This document shows positions 29,227 to 38,559 of a DNA stretch of 64,000 nucleotides, piece by piece (the first letter of the stretch is position 1; each line of letters starts with the position of its first letter). The translations under genes and the position numbers were made by a program. The DNA is taken from positions 13,194 through 77,193 of the forward strand of contig CAKMKH010000060.1 of NCBI GenBank assembly GCA_927441705.1. Reading direction: 5' to 3'. The stretch comes from an uncultured Acholeplasmataceae bacterium (GTDB lineage Bacteria > Bacillota_I > Bacilli_A > Acholeplasmatales > Acholeplasmataceae). The notes under the pieces were generated by a model. That model was not told where the DNA came from. It made no database searches and worked only from the letters and a program-made list of their open reading frames with translations.

Positions 29227-30834
29227 ATGAAACTAAATTATAAAAAGACATTTTATGTTGGATTAGCATTTTTTATCATCACAATTTTTTGGCAAACATA
29301 TGATAACATTATCGCGAAAATTATGATTGATAAGTTTGGGTTAAACCAAACAGCTTCAGGTCTTGTTATGGCTCTTGACAATATTTTAGCATTATTTATG
29401 TTACCTATTTTTGGGGCTATATCAGATAGATCAAATCATAAAAAAGGCAGAAGAACTCCTTTTGTGATTATTGGTACGATTGTTGCAGCATTTGCTTTTA
29501 TGAGTTTATCCTTTATGGACAATATTCAAACAAGTCGTATAGAACAAACTGAAATCATTGGTTTATATGAAAATTATAAAGACAATGATGAAAGAAGATT
29601 AGAAACATTTTGGGCAGATCTATTATCAGATATGCAAGTTGAAAGAAATGTTAAACTTACTAATGGCGATATCACTCAAGCATCTTATGATCGCTGGGAA
29701 ATAAATATTTATGATCGTATTGATTCTATTTTGACTCAAAGTACTACTGAAGAACTTAGTGTCGGTGATTTAGCATTTTTAAATGATTATTATCAAACCT
29801 ATTTATCTTCACTTGCATGGGAAGAGACCGCACAATCACCATTTAATTTTATAGTGTTTGTATCTGTATTGTTAATCGCACTTATTGCGATGTCAACGTT
29901 TAGATCTCCAGCAGTTAGTTTGATGCCGGATATAACGATAAAACCTTTAAGAAGTAAAGCAAATGCCATTATTAACCTAATGGGTGCAGCAGCAGGAACA
30001 ACATCGCTGATTTTATTAACTATATTGGGATTAGATGGTAGGTCTTATGTTCATTACACATTAGCATTTATCATTGTTGGTCTTATTATGCTCATTGTTT
30101 TATTTATATTCTTGTGGAAAGTTAAAGAACCTAAATTAGTACAAGAAAAAATAGAAGAAGACTTAAGATTTGACTTGGCTGAAAGTGAAGATGAGCTTCA
30201 TGATATGCATGCATTACCTAAAGATAAGAGACGCTCATTAATTTTAATTTTAGCATCTGTATTTTTATGGTTTATGGGATATAATGCTATTATTTCTAAA
30301 GTATCTGATTATGTTCCACATGTCTTACAGGTACCATCATTTACGATGCCACTTTTAGTTGCTAATGTGACTGCGATTATCGCATTTATTCCAATAGGTA
30401 TAATCTCTACAAAAATTGGTAGAAGAAAATCGATTTTAATAGGTATTGTTATTTTAACGATTTGTTTTGGAGCTGGCTCATTTGTTAATGAAGATACTGG
30501 ATGGGTAATGTATATCATCTTTGGGTTGACTGGTATTGGTTGGGCTACAATCAACGTTAACTCATATCCAATGGTTGTAGAACTCGCCAAGGGATCAAAT
30601 GTTGGTAAATATACTGGATATTATTATGCTTTTTCTATGGCAGCACAAATATTAACACCAATCTTATCAGGTGTATTTATGGATTATGTTTTCAGAACAA
30701 GACTTGTTTTATTCCCATATGCAGCGATCTTTGTTGCAGCAAGCTTTATCACAATGTTCTTAACAAAACATGGTGATTCAGATTATGTAGAGAAAAAGGG
30801 TATATTGGAGAGTTTTGATGTAGATATGGATTAA
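29227..30834 (+). CDS. MFS transporter (GPH/SLC45-like) with a large extracytoplasmic insert
   Basis: GAISDRSNHKKGRRTPF is a loop 2-3 motif. There are 12 TM segments. A hydrophilic insert of about 110 aa lies between TM3 and TM4. Confidence 0.7.
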   Translation: MKLNYKKTFYVGLAFFIITIFWQTYDNIIAKIMIDKFGLNQTASGLVMALDNILALFMLPIFGAISDRSNHKKGRRTPFVIIGTIVAAFAFMSLSFMDNIQTSRIEQTEIIGLYENYKDNDERRLETFWADLLSDMQVERNVKLTNGDITQASYDRWEINIYDRIDSILTQSTTEELSVGDLAFLNDYYQTYLSSLAWEETAQSPFNFIVFVSVLLIALIAMSTFRSPAVSLMPDITIKPLRSKANAIINLMGAAAGTTSLILLTILGLDGRSYVHYTLAFIIVGLIMLIVLFIFLWKVKEPKLVQEKIEEDLRFDLAESEDELHDMHALPKDKRRSLILILASVFLWFMGYNAIISKVSDYVPHVLQVPSFTMPLLVANVTAIIAFIPIGIISTKIGRRKSILIGIVILTICFGAGSFVNEDTGWVMYIIFGLTGIGWATINVNSYPMVVELAKGSNVGKYTGYYYAFSMAAQILTPILSGVFMDYVFRTRLVLFPYAAIFVAASFITMFLTKHGDSDYVEKKGILESFDVDMD

Positions 30835-30866
30835 GAAAAAGGTGCTCATTTGAGCACCTATTTTTT
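30835..30866. terminator. bidirectional terminator
   Basis: GGTGCTC / GAGCACC stem flanked by A5 and T6. It overlaps the stop of the minus-strand gene. Confidence 0.7.
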
Positions 30867-31592
30867 CGGGATAAAATATTCGAATACGATATTATCATAA
30901 TGTGATTTAACAAAATCAAAATCCTTTTGAGATCTAGCGGCGTAGCTAATTATAGTTATGCCTTTTTTCTTTTGTTTGTTTAGATATTTATTTGGCATAT
31001 CGTAAATGCCATAACTAACGAAATCTGGCTTTGTAAAAAGGTTGAAAAACATTCTTTTCATTAAAAATTTCATGATTTTTGGCATTTTATTATTATCTTT
31101 AAAGAATTCTGAGATTTGTCCTCTAACGACATCAGGATGATGTTTTTTTAAATATCTCACAACTTTTGGATGAAAACTAAATACTGCATAATTTTTGTGA
31201 TAGCCATCCATAATTTCCATGAATTTTTCACAAAGTTTTACGACATTTCCATGAGGCTTTAATTCGATGAGTAAATTTGTTTTGCCATCTACCAAATCTA
31301 GAACTTCTTTTAATAGCGGAATATGATCGCCATTCTTATATTTTAAGTCTTTAATATCCTCATAATTAAGCATATCAAGTGATTTATTGATATTGAATAA
31401 ACGATTTAAATCATGATCATGAAAGACGACAACTTGTCCATCTTTGAGTAGGTTTATGTCAAACTCTATGCTGTAGCCATATTTCATAGCTTCTTTAAAA
31501 GCAGTCATAGAATTTTCTGCTATACTTTGATCTTTTGTATGCAGTCCTCTATGGGCGATATAATCTGTTTTTAGCCAATCTAATTGTTTCAT
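30858..31592 (-). CDS. glycerophosphodiester phosphodiesterase
   Basis: IAHRGLH, EFDI and FHDHDL motifs of the GDPD family. Confidence 0.85.
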   Translation of the reverse strand: MKQLDWLKTDYIAHRGLHTKDQSIAENSMTAFKEAMKYGYSIEFDINLLKDGQVVVFHDHDLNRLFNINKSLDMLNYEDIKDLKYKNGDHIPLLKEVLDLVDGKTNLLIELKPHGNVVKLCEKFMEIMDGYHKNYAVFSFHPKVVRYLKKHHPDVVRGQISEFFKDNNKMPKIMKFLMKRMFFNLFTKPDFVSYGIYDMPNKYLNKQKKKGITIISYAARSQKDFDFVKSHYDNIVFEYFIPKK

Positions 31593-31601
31593 ATAGCACC
31601 T

Positions 31602-32180
31602 CTAAAATATCAAGTAAATTCCTATACCAAGTATAGCTGATAACAAGATAATTTGAATTGGACTAGACTTTTTCTTTAAAAACGTAAATAAGAATACGAC
31701 AACTAATATGATTAGGTTCCGATAATTAAAACCACTAAAGTTAAATAGGATTTCAGAAAAATCAATATTTGGGAAAACACCACGAACCATTAGTCCAAAA
31801 GAAACAGCTAAAATCAGCCCAATAACAGCTGGCTTTAATCCCTTAAATGCTTCATTTACAATTCTTGAATTTAAAAATTTACTACCTAATGATGCGATTA
31901 ATAAAATGATAATGAAACTTGGTAATGCAACTCCAATAGTAGCAGCAACTGCTCCTAAAATCCCAAGTTCATGTGTGCCAATAAATGTAGCCATATTAAT
32001 AGCAATTGGTCCAGGTGTTGATTCTGCTATGCCGATGAAATCGTAGAGTAGAGATTCAGTTATATAGCCTGCTCCAACAACTTCTTGTTCAATAAGTGGA
32101 ATCATGGCATATCCGCCACCAAAGGTAAACAATCCAATTTTAAAGAACATCCAAAAAAGATGTAATAGTTCTATAATCAT
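31602..32180 (-). CDS. chrA: chromate transporter family protein (ChrA half-size, C-terminal partner)
   Basis: FKIGLFTFGGGYAMIPL motif. Paired with, and overlapping by 4 nt, a second half-size ChrA gene. Confidence 0.85.
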   Translation of the reverse strand: MIIELLHLFWMFFKIGLFTFGGGYAMIPLIEQEVVGAGYITESLLYDFIGIAESTPGPIAINMATFIGTHELGILGAVAATIGVALPSFIIILLIASLGSKFLNSRIVNEAFKGLKPAVIGLILAVSFGLMVRGVFPNIDFSEILFNFSGFNYRNLIILVVVFLFTFLKKKSSPIQIILLSAILGIGIYLIF

Positions 32181-32749
32181 ATGTGTTTAGCCTCCTTTAA
32201 ACTTTCGATATACCCGAAAAGGATTGCTAGAACAGCACTGACTAATAATATATAGATAACACTGATATCAGTGAATAATGAAATAATTATAGAAGCAACT
32301 AAAATTGCTATTGAAAAAGCAGTAAAATGTATTTTTTTAGATAATCTTAAGGCTGCTTTAAAGATTAGAATTGCGACACCTGCTTGTATACCATAAAAAG
32401 CATATGCAACAATTTGATTTTCTTTAAATTGAATGATGAATAAAGAGATGATGGATATAATGATAAAAGAAGGAAGTATAACACCAAGTGTAGCAAGCAA
32501 GCTTCCTTTAAATTTAGCGATTTTATATCCGATAAATGTTGCTGAGTTTATAGCGAATACACCAGGAGTAGACTCGGATATTACTAGAATTTTTAAGACA
32601 TCTTCATCATCGACCCAATTTTTGTTTTGTACAACTTCTCTACGCATAATTGGCATCATTGCAAGGCCACCACCAAAAGTCATGGCTCCAATTTTGAAAA
32701 ATGTCCAAAAGAGTTCAAATAAAGTATGTGGTTTTTTCATTATAGTCAC
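32177..32749 (-). CDS. chrA: chromate transporter family protein (ChrA half-size, N-terminal partner)
   Basis: FKIGAMTFGGGLAMMPI motif. Confidence 0.85.
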   Translation of the reverse strand: MTIMKKPHTLFELFWTFFKIGAMTFGGGLAMMPIMRREVVQNKNWVDDEDVLKILVISESTPGVFAINSATFIGYKIAKFKGSLLATLGVILPSFIIISIISLFIIQFKENQIVAYAFYGIQAGVAILIFKAALRLSKKIHFTAFSIAILVASIIISLFTDISVIYILLVSAVLAILFGYIESLKEAKHI

Positions 32750-32832
32750 CTCTTCTCGAGTTATTATAACACATTTTATCTCTTAGAGATACATTCTATG
32801 TTATAATACTTTTGCAAAGGATGGTAAGAAAC

Positions 32833-34995
32833 ATGAGAATACTAAAATTATTTATTTTAATCGTAATTTTGTTCACAATTACAGCATGTGAAGGTACAGA
32901 AACCCCTACATTTGGATCTCCAATAATCTCTGGATTAGAAGATATCAATTATACAATCGGTGATGATATTCCTAACTATTTAGAGGGTGTGCTTGCTTTT
33001 GATCACTTAGGTGAAGAAATTACACTAATTACCGTTGATGATGGTGAAGTAAATTATGAATCTGAAGGATTATATAATGTTTATTTTCATGTAGTTGATA
33101 AACAAGGGAGTAGAATTGTATCATCAATCAAAATCATTGTAGAATCGCCTTATAAAGAGATTGACTATAATGCTCCGTACTTTATAGGTATTGAAAATTT
33201 AACTTATTTCATAGGACAAGAAGCTTTTGATTATGTTTCAATGATTAGTGCATTTGATGATGTTGATGGAGAATTAACTGATGAGATAGTTTTTGAGGGT
33301 CAAGTTGATTTTGAAACTGCAGGAACTTATCCAATTAAAGTGACTGTATATGATGAAACAGGTAATAGAAAGACTGAAACATTTTCGATTACTGTAAATG
33401 ATAACATGGCTCCTATCATCTCTGGATATCATAGAGTTTATTATGTTATCGGTGACGATAATCCAGATTATACAAAGATGATTGAAGTCTTTGATCAAGA
33501 AGATGGGAACTTAAATGAAACACTAGAAATTGACGATTCACTTGTTGATTTATCTACTGAAGGTATTTATCCACTTTATTATAGTGTTACTGACTCTTTT
33601 GGGAATGTAGTAGAGCAAATCGTTAGTGTTCAAGTAAGTGCTAATGATGCAAACATTGATATCAATCAATTAAATGTATATTATATCAATGATACACACG
33701 GATCAATCCTAGAGTTTGAAAACGAAATGGGTCTTGCGAAAATTGGAAATGTAGTGATTAATGAATATGATCAAAATCCATATCAAACACTCTTTTTAAG
33801 CGGTGGAGATTTACTTCAAGGTAATGTTTTATCAAACTTTTATTATGGATCTTCTATGATTGATATGTTTAACTATATGAACTTAGAAGTCTTTGTTTTA
33901 GGTAATCATGAATTTGATTGGGGCGTAGAAACAATTATCGAATATTTTAACCCAAATACTTTAGGCACTCAAGCTGAGTTTCCTTTATTAGCAGCAAACA
34001 TGTTTTATAAAGATACTGAAATTAGACCTGATTTTGTGGATGCTTATGCAATCATTCAAAAAGGTGATATAAAAATAGGTGTTGTAGGTACTATTGGTAG
34101 TGGGCTAGAATCATCTATAGCAAAAAGTAGAGTAGAAGATTATGAATTTAAGAGCCCTACTTATTGGACTCAATATTATACTGAGTTATTAAGAACAGAA
34201 TATGATGTAGATGTTGTTTTTGCGATTAGTCATGGTAACGATAGCTATTTCAATCAAACTATGGCTTTCGGAAGTGGAGATTATCAAATTGATGCAATTT
34301 TCAATGGCCACACTCACTCTAGTTATACTGATGTGATTAATGGAATACCGCTCATGCAATCAGCATCTAATGCTAGAGCTTTAGGATATATAGCTTTTAA
34401 TATTGATTCTCAAAATGATATTACAGGACATACAGCGACAAATCTATTTCAATACAGTGATTCAAGACTACAAACAGAACATCCAGGTTTAAAGGAGCTT
34501 ATTAATACATATGTTGCTCAAATAGAACCGCTTTTAAATGAAGCTATTCTTTATTCAAGTCAAAATTATGGAAGAGATATATTAACTACTTTTATGGCTG
34601 AAGTGATTAGAAAATCCGCAGATGCTGATATTGGAATTCATAATTCAGGTGGAACAAGAGATAGCCTATCTCAAGATCAAGCTATCACAGTTGGAACTAC
34701 CTATAAAATCTTTCCGTTTGACAATCAAATCGTTTCAGTAAAAATGATTGGAACGAAAGTTATAAGTTTACTAAATAATTCAAGTGTTGAAGCAAGTTTA
34801 AGACCAGGCTTATCAGAAAATGATATTGACCCTACAGCATATTATTGGGTATCTACCAATGATTATGTTTTTGGAAATTATAATGAATTTAAGAATTATA
34901 TTGATATATTTTATCCAGGTGTTGTTGATCGAGTTGCTTTTGAAGATGAATTGAGAGAAAGAGCAGAAACAACAGACCAATTTATTATCGACTAA
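32833..34995 (+). CDS. lipoprotein 5'-nucleotidase / metallophosphatase with three N-terminal Ig-like (DUF5011-type) repeats
   Basis: Lipobox FTITAC. Three repeats of about 85 aa (..ISG...Y.IGDD..DY......DGEL....). Then DTHG, GGDLLQGN, GNHEFD and GHTH metallophosphatase motifs, and a 5'-nucleotidase C-terminal domain. I prefer ATG 32833. Confidence 0.8.
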   Translation: MRILKLFILIVILFTITACEGTETPTFGSPIISGLEDINYTIGDDIPNYLEGVLAFDHLGEEITLITVDDGEVNYESEGLYNVYFHVVDKQGSRIVSSIKIIVESPYKEIDYNAPYFIGIENLTYFIGQEAFDYVSMISAFDDVDGELTDEIVFEGQVDFETAGTYPIKVTVYDETGNRKTETFSITVNDNMAPIISGYHRVYYVIGDDNPDYTKMIEVFDQEDGNLNETLEIDDSLVDLSTEGIYPLYYSVTDSFGNVVEQIVSVQVSANDANIDINQLNVYYINDTHGSILEFENEMGLAKIGNVVINEYDQNPYQTLFLSGGDLLQGNVLSNFYYGSSMIDMFNYMNLEVFVLGNHEFDWGVETIIEYFNPNTLGTQAEFPLLAANMFYKDTEIRPDFVDAYAIIQKGDIKIGVVGTIGSGLESSIAKSRVEDYEFKSPTYWTQYYTELLRTEYDVDVVFAISHGNDSYFNQTMAFGSGDYQIDAIFNGHTHSSYTDVINGIPLMQSASNARALGYIAFNIDSQNDITGHTATNLFQYSDSRLQTEHPGLKELINTYVAQIEPLLNEAILYSSQNYGRDILTTFMAEVIRKSADADIGIHNSGGTRDSLSQDQAITVGTTYKIFPFDNQIVSVKMIGTKVISLLNNSSVEASLRPGLSENDIDPTAYYWVSTNDYVFGNYNEFKNYIDIFYPGVVDRVAFEDELRERAETTDQFIID

Positions 34996-35004
34996 TAAGA
35001 AAAT

Positions 35005-35030
35005 GAAGGTGATTTCACCTTTATTTTTTT
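35005..35030 (+). terminator. terminator after the 5'-nucleotidase gene
   Basis: AAGGTG / CACCTT stem followed by T7. Confidence 0.6.
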
Positions 35031-35039
35031 GCGTATGAT

Positions 35040-35053
35040 TGCAAACGGTTTCA
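35040..35053 (+). promoter_or_regulatory. LacI-family-type operator (TGCAAACGGTTTCA)
   Basis: 14-nt pseudo-palindrome with a central CG. It lies upstream of a TGTTATAAT -10 and of the RDD/GH13/DUF1189 operon. The same core recurs at 50998-51011 and 57931-57944. Confidence 0.45.
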
Positions 35054-35104
35054 TAAAAAGAAGTGTGTTATAATTAATATAGATTATGATGAAGGAGTGT
35101 TGCT

Positions 35105-35563
35105 ATGGTTCCATCATTCGAAAAGCGAGTTAGAGCCTTCGCTATTGATACATCAGCTGTTACGTTATTTATTATTTTATCCTTATTTTTGGGGACATAT
35201 TATAAACCGCTACCTTGGATTATTACAGGACTAGCTTTTTTTGGATTTTATTTTTTTCCTTATTTTGCTAAAAAAACACATGGGCAAACATTGGGAAAAA
35301 AAGTTCAACGCATTCAAATTGTAAAATTAGACGATTCAAAAGTTGAATTATGGAGAATTATTTTGCGAGATTTGTTTAAACTTTCACTAAGTATAGCAAC
35401 TTTTGGTATATATTTAATCGTAGCATTTTTTGCGATGTCAGATAAAACAAGTAGAACCATTCATGATTATATTTTTAAAACTAAAGTTATTGATTTAGAA
35501 AAGCCAACTGGCAAGTATGATGGATTTAATAAGACCGAGTCAATGAGAAAAAGAGGGTTCTAA
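35105..35563 (+). CDS. RDD-family membrane protein
   Basis: 152 aa. R..AF.ID start and three TM segments, the usual RDD layout. Confidence 0.6.
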   Translation: MVPSFEKRVRAFAIDTSAVTLFIILSLFLGTYYKPLPWIITGLAFFGFYFFPYFAKKTHGQTLGKKVQRIQIVKLDDSKVELWRIILRDLFKLSLSIATFGIYLIVAFFAMSDKTSRTIHDYIFKTKVIDLEKPTGKYDGFNKTESMRKRGF

Positions 35564-37104
35564 TGAAAAAATTATTAAGTTTATTACTTGTATTGATTAT
35601 AAGCATGAGTCTATATGCATGTGATGAAAATCCTGAAGATCCTACGGATCCAATCGATCCCATTGATACATATGATTTTGATGAAATTAATGCCCAAAAT
35701 GATATTTATTATCAAATCTTTGTAAGAAGTTTTGCTGATAGTAATGGCGATGGTATTGGAGATTTAAACGGCATAAAAGCAAATCTTGATTATTTAGAAG
35801 ATTTAGGTATTACTGCTTTATGGTTGTTACCGATAAATCCTTCACCTTCATATCATGGATATGATGTTACTGACTATTATGATGTTAACTCTGATTATGG
35901 TACTTTAGAGGACCTAGAAGCTTTAGTGGATGCGGCAAATGAAAGAGATATTAAGATTGTTCTTGATTTAGTTATCAATCATACATCTGACCAACATCCT
36001 TGGTATAAAGAAGCGTCATCTAATCAATCTAGCCCATATAGGGATTATTATATTTTTAATAATGGTGGTGCTTATGAAACATTTCCTGGGGGCATGAAGG
36101 ATCTAAACTTAGAAAATCCAATTGTTATTGAAGAAATCTATAATATCGTTGATTTTTATTTAGATATGGGTATTCATGGTTTTAGATTAGATGCAGCTAT
36201 GCATTTTATTGAAAGTGTAAATGCACATTGGGATAACACAGTTTTAATCATGAATTTAAATGCACATATGCAACAAAAAAATCCTGATAGCTATATTGTT
36301 TCAGAAGTTTATGCGAATAGTTATGATTTGATTAAAGATTATTTTATTGGATCTGATTCAGTATTTAACTTCTATGCGCAAGCTAATATCATGGATAAAG
36401 TAGGTATGGGAAATAATCGTACACAATTTGCAAGTAACTTAAATAGAGCATATGAAGCTTATCTTGAAGTTGATCCTGATTTTATTGATGCACCATTTAT
36501 TGGTAACCATGATATGGATCGCATTGCTTCATCTCAAGGGTTTATTGATCAACCAGAAAAATTAGCTTTAGCAGCTCGAATATTATTAACTTTACCTGGT
36601 AGTCCTTATATTTATTATGGGGATGAGTTAGGCATGAAAGGGTATCGTTATGAAGGTACAAATATACCTGGTTATGGTATTGTATACGATGAATATAGAA
36701 GACAACCATTTATGTGGGGAACTTCTGAATATCAAACTAATTGGCTTCCTAGTGATAATTCTAATGATTACACACTTAATTTAGTCGAACAAAAAAATGA
36801 TCAATCGTCATTATTTAATCAATACCAAGAAATGATTCAAATACGAAGAGCACACCCAGCACTTATGTATGGAAATTACTTTGAACCATTTAAGGACAAT
36901 AGCATATATATTCAAGGGTTTGTTAGATATTATACGTATGAAAATTATAGTGAAGCAGTATTAGTGCTTCATAATCTCACTCGTGATCAAATAACAGTTA
37001 ACGTTGACTATCTTGAATTAATATTAGGAGATAATTTGACGATTGAAGGCTATCAAACACTGATTTTAAAAATAGATCCAAATGAAATTGAGGCTTATAT
37101 CTAA
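35563..37104 (+). CDS. GH13 alpha-amylase-family lipoprotein
   Basis: Lipobox SLYAC. GH13 regions I-IV: DLVINHTS, GFRLDAAMH, SEVY and GNHDMDR. Confidence 0.85.
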   Translation: MKKLLSLLLVLIISMSLYACDENPEDPTDPIDPIDTYDFDEINAQNDIYYQIFVRSFADSNGDGIGDLNGIKANLDYLEDLGITALWLLPINPSPSYHGYDVTDYYDVNSDYGTLEDLEALVDAANERDIKIVLDLVINHTSDQHPWYKEASSNQSSPYRDYYIFNNGGAYETFPGGMKDLNLENPIVIEEIYNIVDFYLDMGIHGFRLDAAMHFIESVNAHWDNTVLIMNLNAHMQQKNPDSYIVSEVYANSYDLIKDYFIGSDSVFNFYAQANIMDKVGMGNNRTQFASNLNRAYEAYLEVDPDFIDAPFIGNHDMDRIASSQGFIDQPEKLALAARILLTLPGSPYIYYGDELGMKGYRYEGTNIPGYGIVYDEYRRQPFMWGTSEYQTNWLPSDNSNDYTLNLVEQKNDQSSLFNQYQEMIQIRRAHPALMYGNYFEPFKDNSIYIQGFVRYYTYENYSEAVLVLHNLTRDQITVNVDYLELILGDNLTIEGYQTLILKIDPNEIEAYI

Positions 37105-37916
37105 TGTTTATTTTTAATTATTATAGATATGCTTTTCAGTTTTCTAAATTTTTTGAACATGTCAAAGAGAAATGGTGGAAAGTATTAATATTCTTTTTCA
37201 TTGTGAGTCTTGTATCTATTTTCCCGATGAGTCTATTAATAGTACAAGAAGATGGTTGGAGATTAAATTTCATCGAAGAAAGTTTTATCAGCGAGACGCC
37301 TGAATGGCAACTACCAAATGATTGTTCTATCGTAGCTAGAAAACTTGTATGTGATACAGATGAAGTTTATGAATATGAACATAGAGGCATTACGTACATC
37401 ATTAATTATCAAAAACAAGATTTTAATGACATAACCGAAAAACAAGTTTTATTAATGGATAGTCAAATAGTCTATACAAATGGCCAAGGGGAGTATATGA
37501 TTGGCTATGATTATCAAGGATTTGAAGACGATGTTAGTTTTAGGAGCTTAAATCTTGCTACTGGAGAAGAAAAAGCACTTATGTATGCATCGTTCGGTAG
37601 ACAATTAGAATCTAGTTTCTCAAATTACATCATCTTTTACACATTGTTGGTAAATACCGCAACTAGCATTGGATTATATGCATTCTTTGTTTTAATTATG
37701 AGTTTGGTTATTCAACTTTTTAGATTTGGGTATACGAGTTTTATTACATATGGCGAATCTATGAAGTTAGTCGTGTTTGCGATGGGTGTTCCAAGTGTTG
37801 TAAGCTTTGTTGTAGGCTTTCTAGAACCGAGTTTTGCACCAGTTGTGTTTCAATTTGGAATTGGAATTATCATTATGATAGTAATGCTTAAGTACGCTAA
37901 AAAAATATTTAGGTAA
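37104..37916 (+). CDS. DUF1189-family membrane protein (YvdJ-like maltodextrin-operon protein)
   Basis: Layout and N-terminus resemble B. subtilis YvdJ. Its start abuts the GH13 gene stop. Confidence 0.55.
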   Translation: MFIFNYYRYAFQFSKFFEHVKEKWWKVLIFFFIVSLVSIFPMSLLIVQEDGWRLNFIEESFISETPEWQLPNDCSIVARKLVCDTDEVYEYEHRGITYIINYQKQDFNDITEKQVLLMDSQIVYTNGQGEYMIGYDYQGFEDDVSFRSLNLATGEEKALMYASFGRQLESSFSNYIIFYTLLVNTATSIGLYAFFVLIMSLVIQLFRFGYTSFITYGESMKLVVFAMGVPSVVSFVVGFLEPSFAPVVFQFGIGIIIMIVMLKYAKKIFR

Positions 37917-37923
37917 TAAAATA

Positions 37924-37953
37924 GGTAACACCTTATAGGTGTTATCTTTTTTT
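37924..37953 (+). terminator. terminator after the DUF1189 gene
   Basis: TAACACC / GGTGTTA stem followed by a T-run. Confidence 0.7.
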
Positions 37954-37960
37954 ATGCATT

Positions 37961-37974
37961 TGAAAACGTTATCA
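37961..37974 (+). promoter_or_regulatory. cre (CcpA-type) site upstream of the hydrogenase operon
   Basis: TGAAAACGTTATCA fits TGWAANCGNTNWCA at 14 of 14 positions. Its centre is about 50 nt upstream of the -10. Confidence 0.55.
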
Positions 37975-38015
37975 TATAGATAAATTGAGCAAATCGCTTT
38001 ACTTTTTCTAATTCA

Positions 38016-38024
38016 TGATATAAT
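38016..38024 (+). promoter_or_regulatory. extended -10 (TGATATAAT) for the hyd operon
   Basis: TGnTATAAT match 38 nt upstream of the hydC start. The -35 is weak. Confidence 0.45.
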
Positions 38025-38061
38025 AAAGCCGAAAAACGAACGACTCATAAGGAGTAAAAAA

Positions 38062-38559
38062 ATGAATAATATAGGATTTTGTAAAGAAAAGTTAGACCTT
38101 TTTTATGCTTGTTTAGAAAAGAACAAAACAAAACCTGGACCTTTAATGCCCTCATTACATGATGCGCAAAACATTTTTGGATATATACCTTTATCAATCC
38201 AAAAAATCATTAGTAAAGAATTAGGCGAAAGTGTAGCGAAAATCAATGGTGTTGTAACATTTTACGGCAATTTTTCTGTTGAACCAACGGGAGATCATCA
38301 AGTCAGTGTTTGTATGGGGACTGCATGTTATGTTAGAGGATCTAAAAATATCATGGAAACTATTGAAATTGAACTTGGGATAAAAGATGGAGAAACAACA
38401 AAAGATGGCAAAGTAACATTGTCTGCAACAAGATGTATAGGTGCATGTGGTTTGGCACCTGTTTTTTCAGTTGATGCTCAAATCCATGGCAATACAAATG
38501 TTAGTAAGGTCAGAGATGTTATCAAAGAGTTGAAGGAACACACATATGAAACTAACTGA
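38062..38559 (+). CDS. hydC: [FeFe]-hydrogenase HydC subunit (NuoE-like, [2Fe-2S])
   Basis: CMGTACYVRG ... RCIGACGLAPV is the thioredoxin-like 2Fe-2S pattern of NuoE/HndA. Confidence 0.85.
   Translation: MNNIGFCKEKLDLFYACLEKNKTKPGPLMPSLHDAQNIFGYIPLSIQKIISKELGESVAKINGVVTFYGNFSVEPTGDHQVSVCMGTACYVRGSKNIMETIEIELGIKDGETTKDGKVTLSATRCIGACGLAPVFSVDAQIHGNTNVSKVRDVIKELKEHTYETN

Noticed and set aside
31602-32749. A split chrA as a pseudogene (frameshifted single gene).
   Set aside because: Each half has its own start and the GGG-containing CHR motif, and the two overlap by 4 nt. Paired half-size ChrA genes are a common native arrangement in Bacillota.
37954-38061. A Rex (redox-sensing) operator upstream of the hydrogenase operon.
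   Set aside because: I looked for TTGTGAA-N4-TTCACAA-like or TTGTTAA-N4-TTAACAA-like palindromes and saw none. Only the cre-type site is present.
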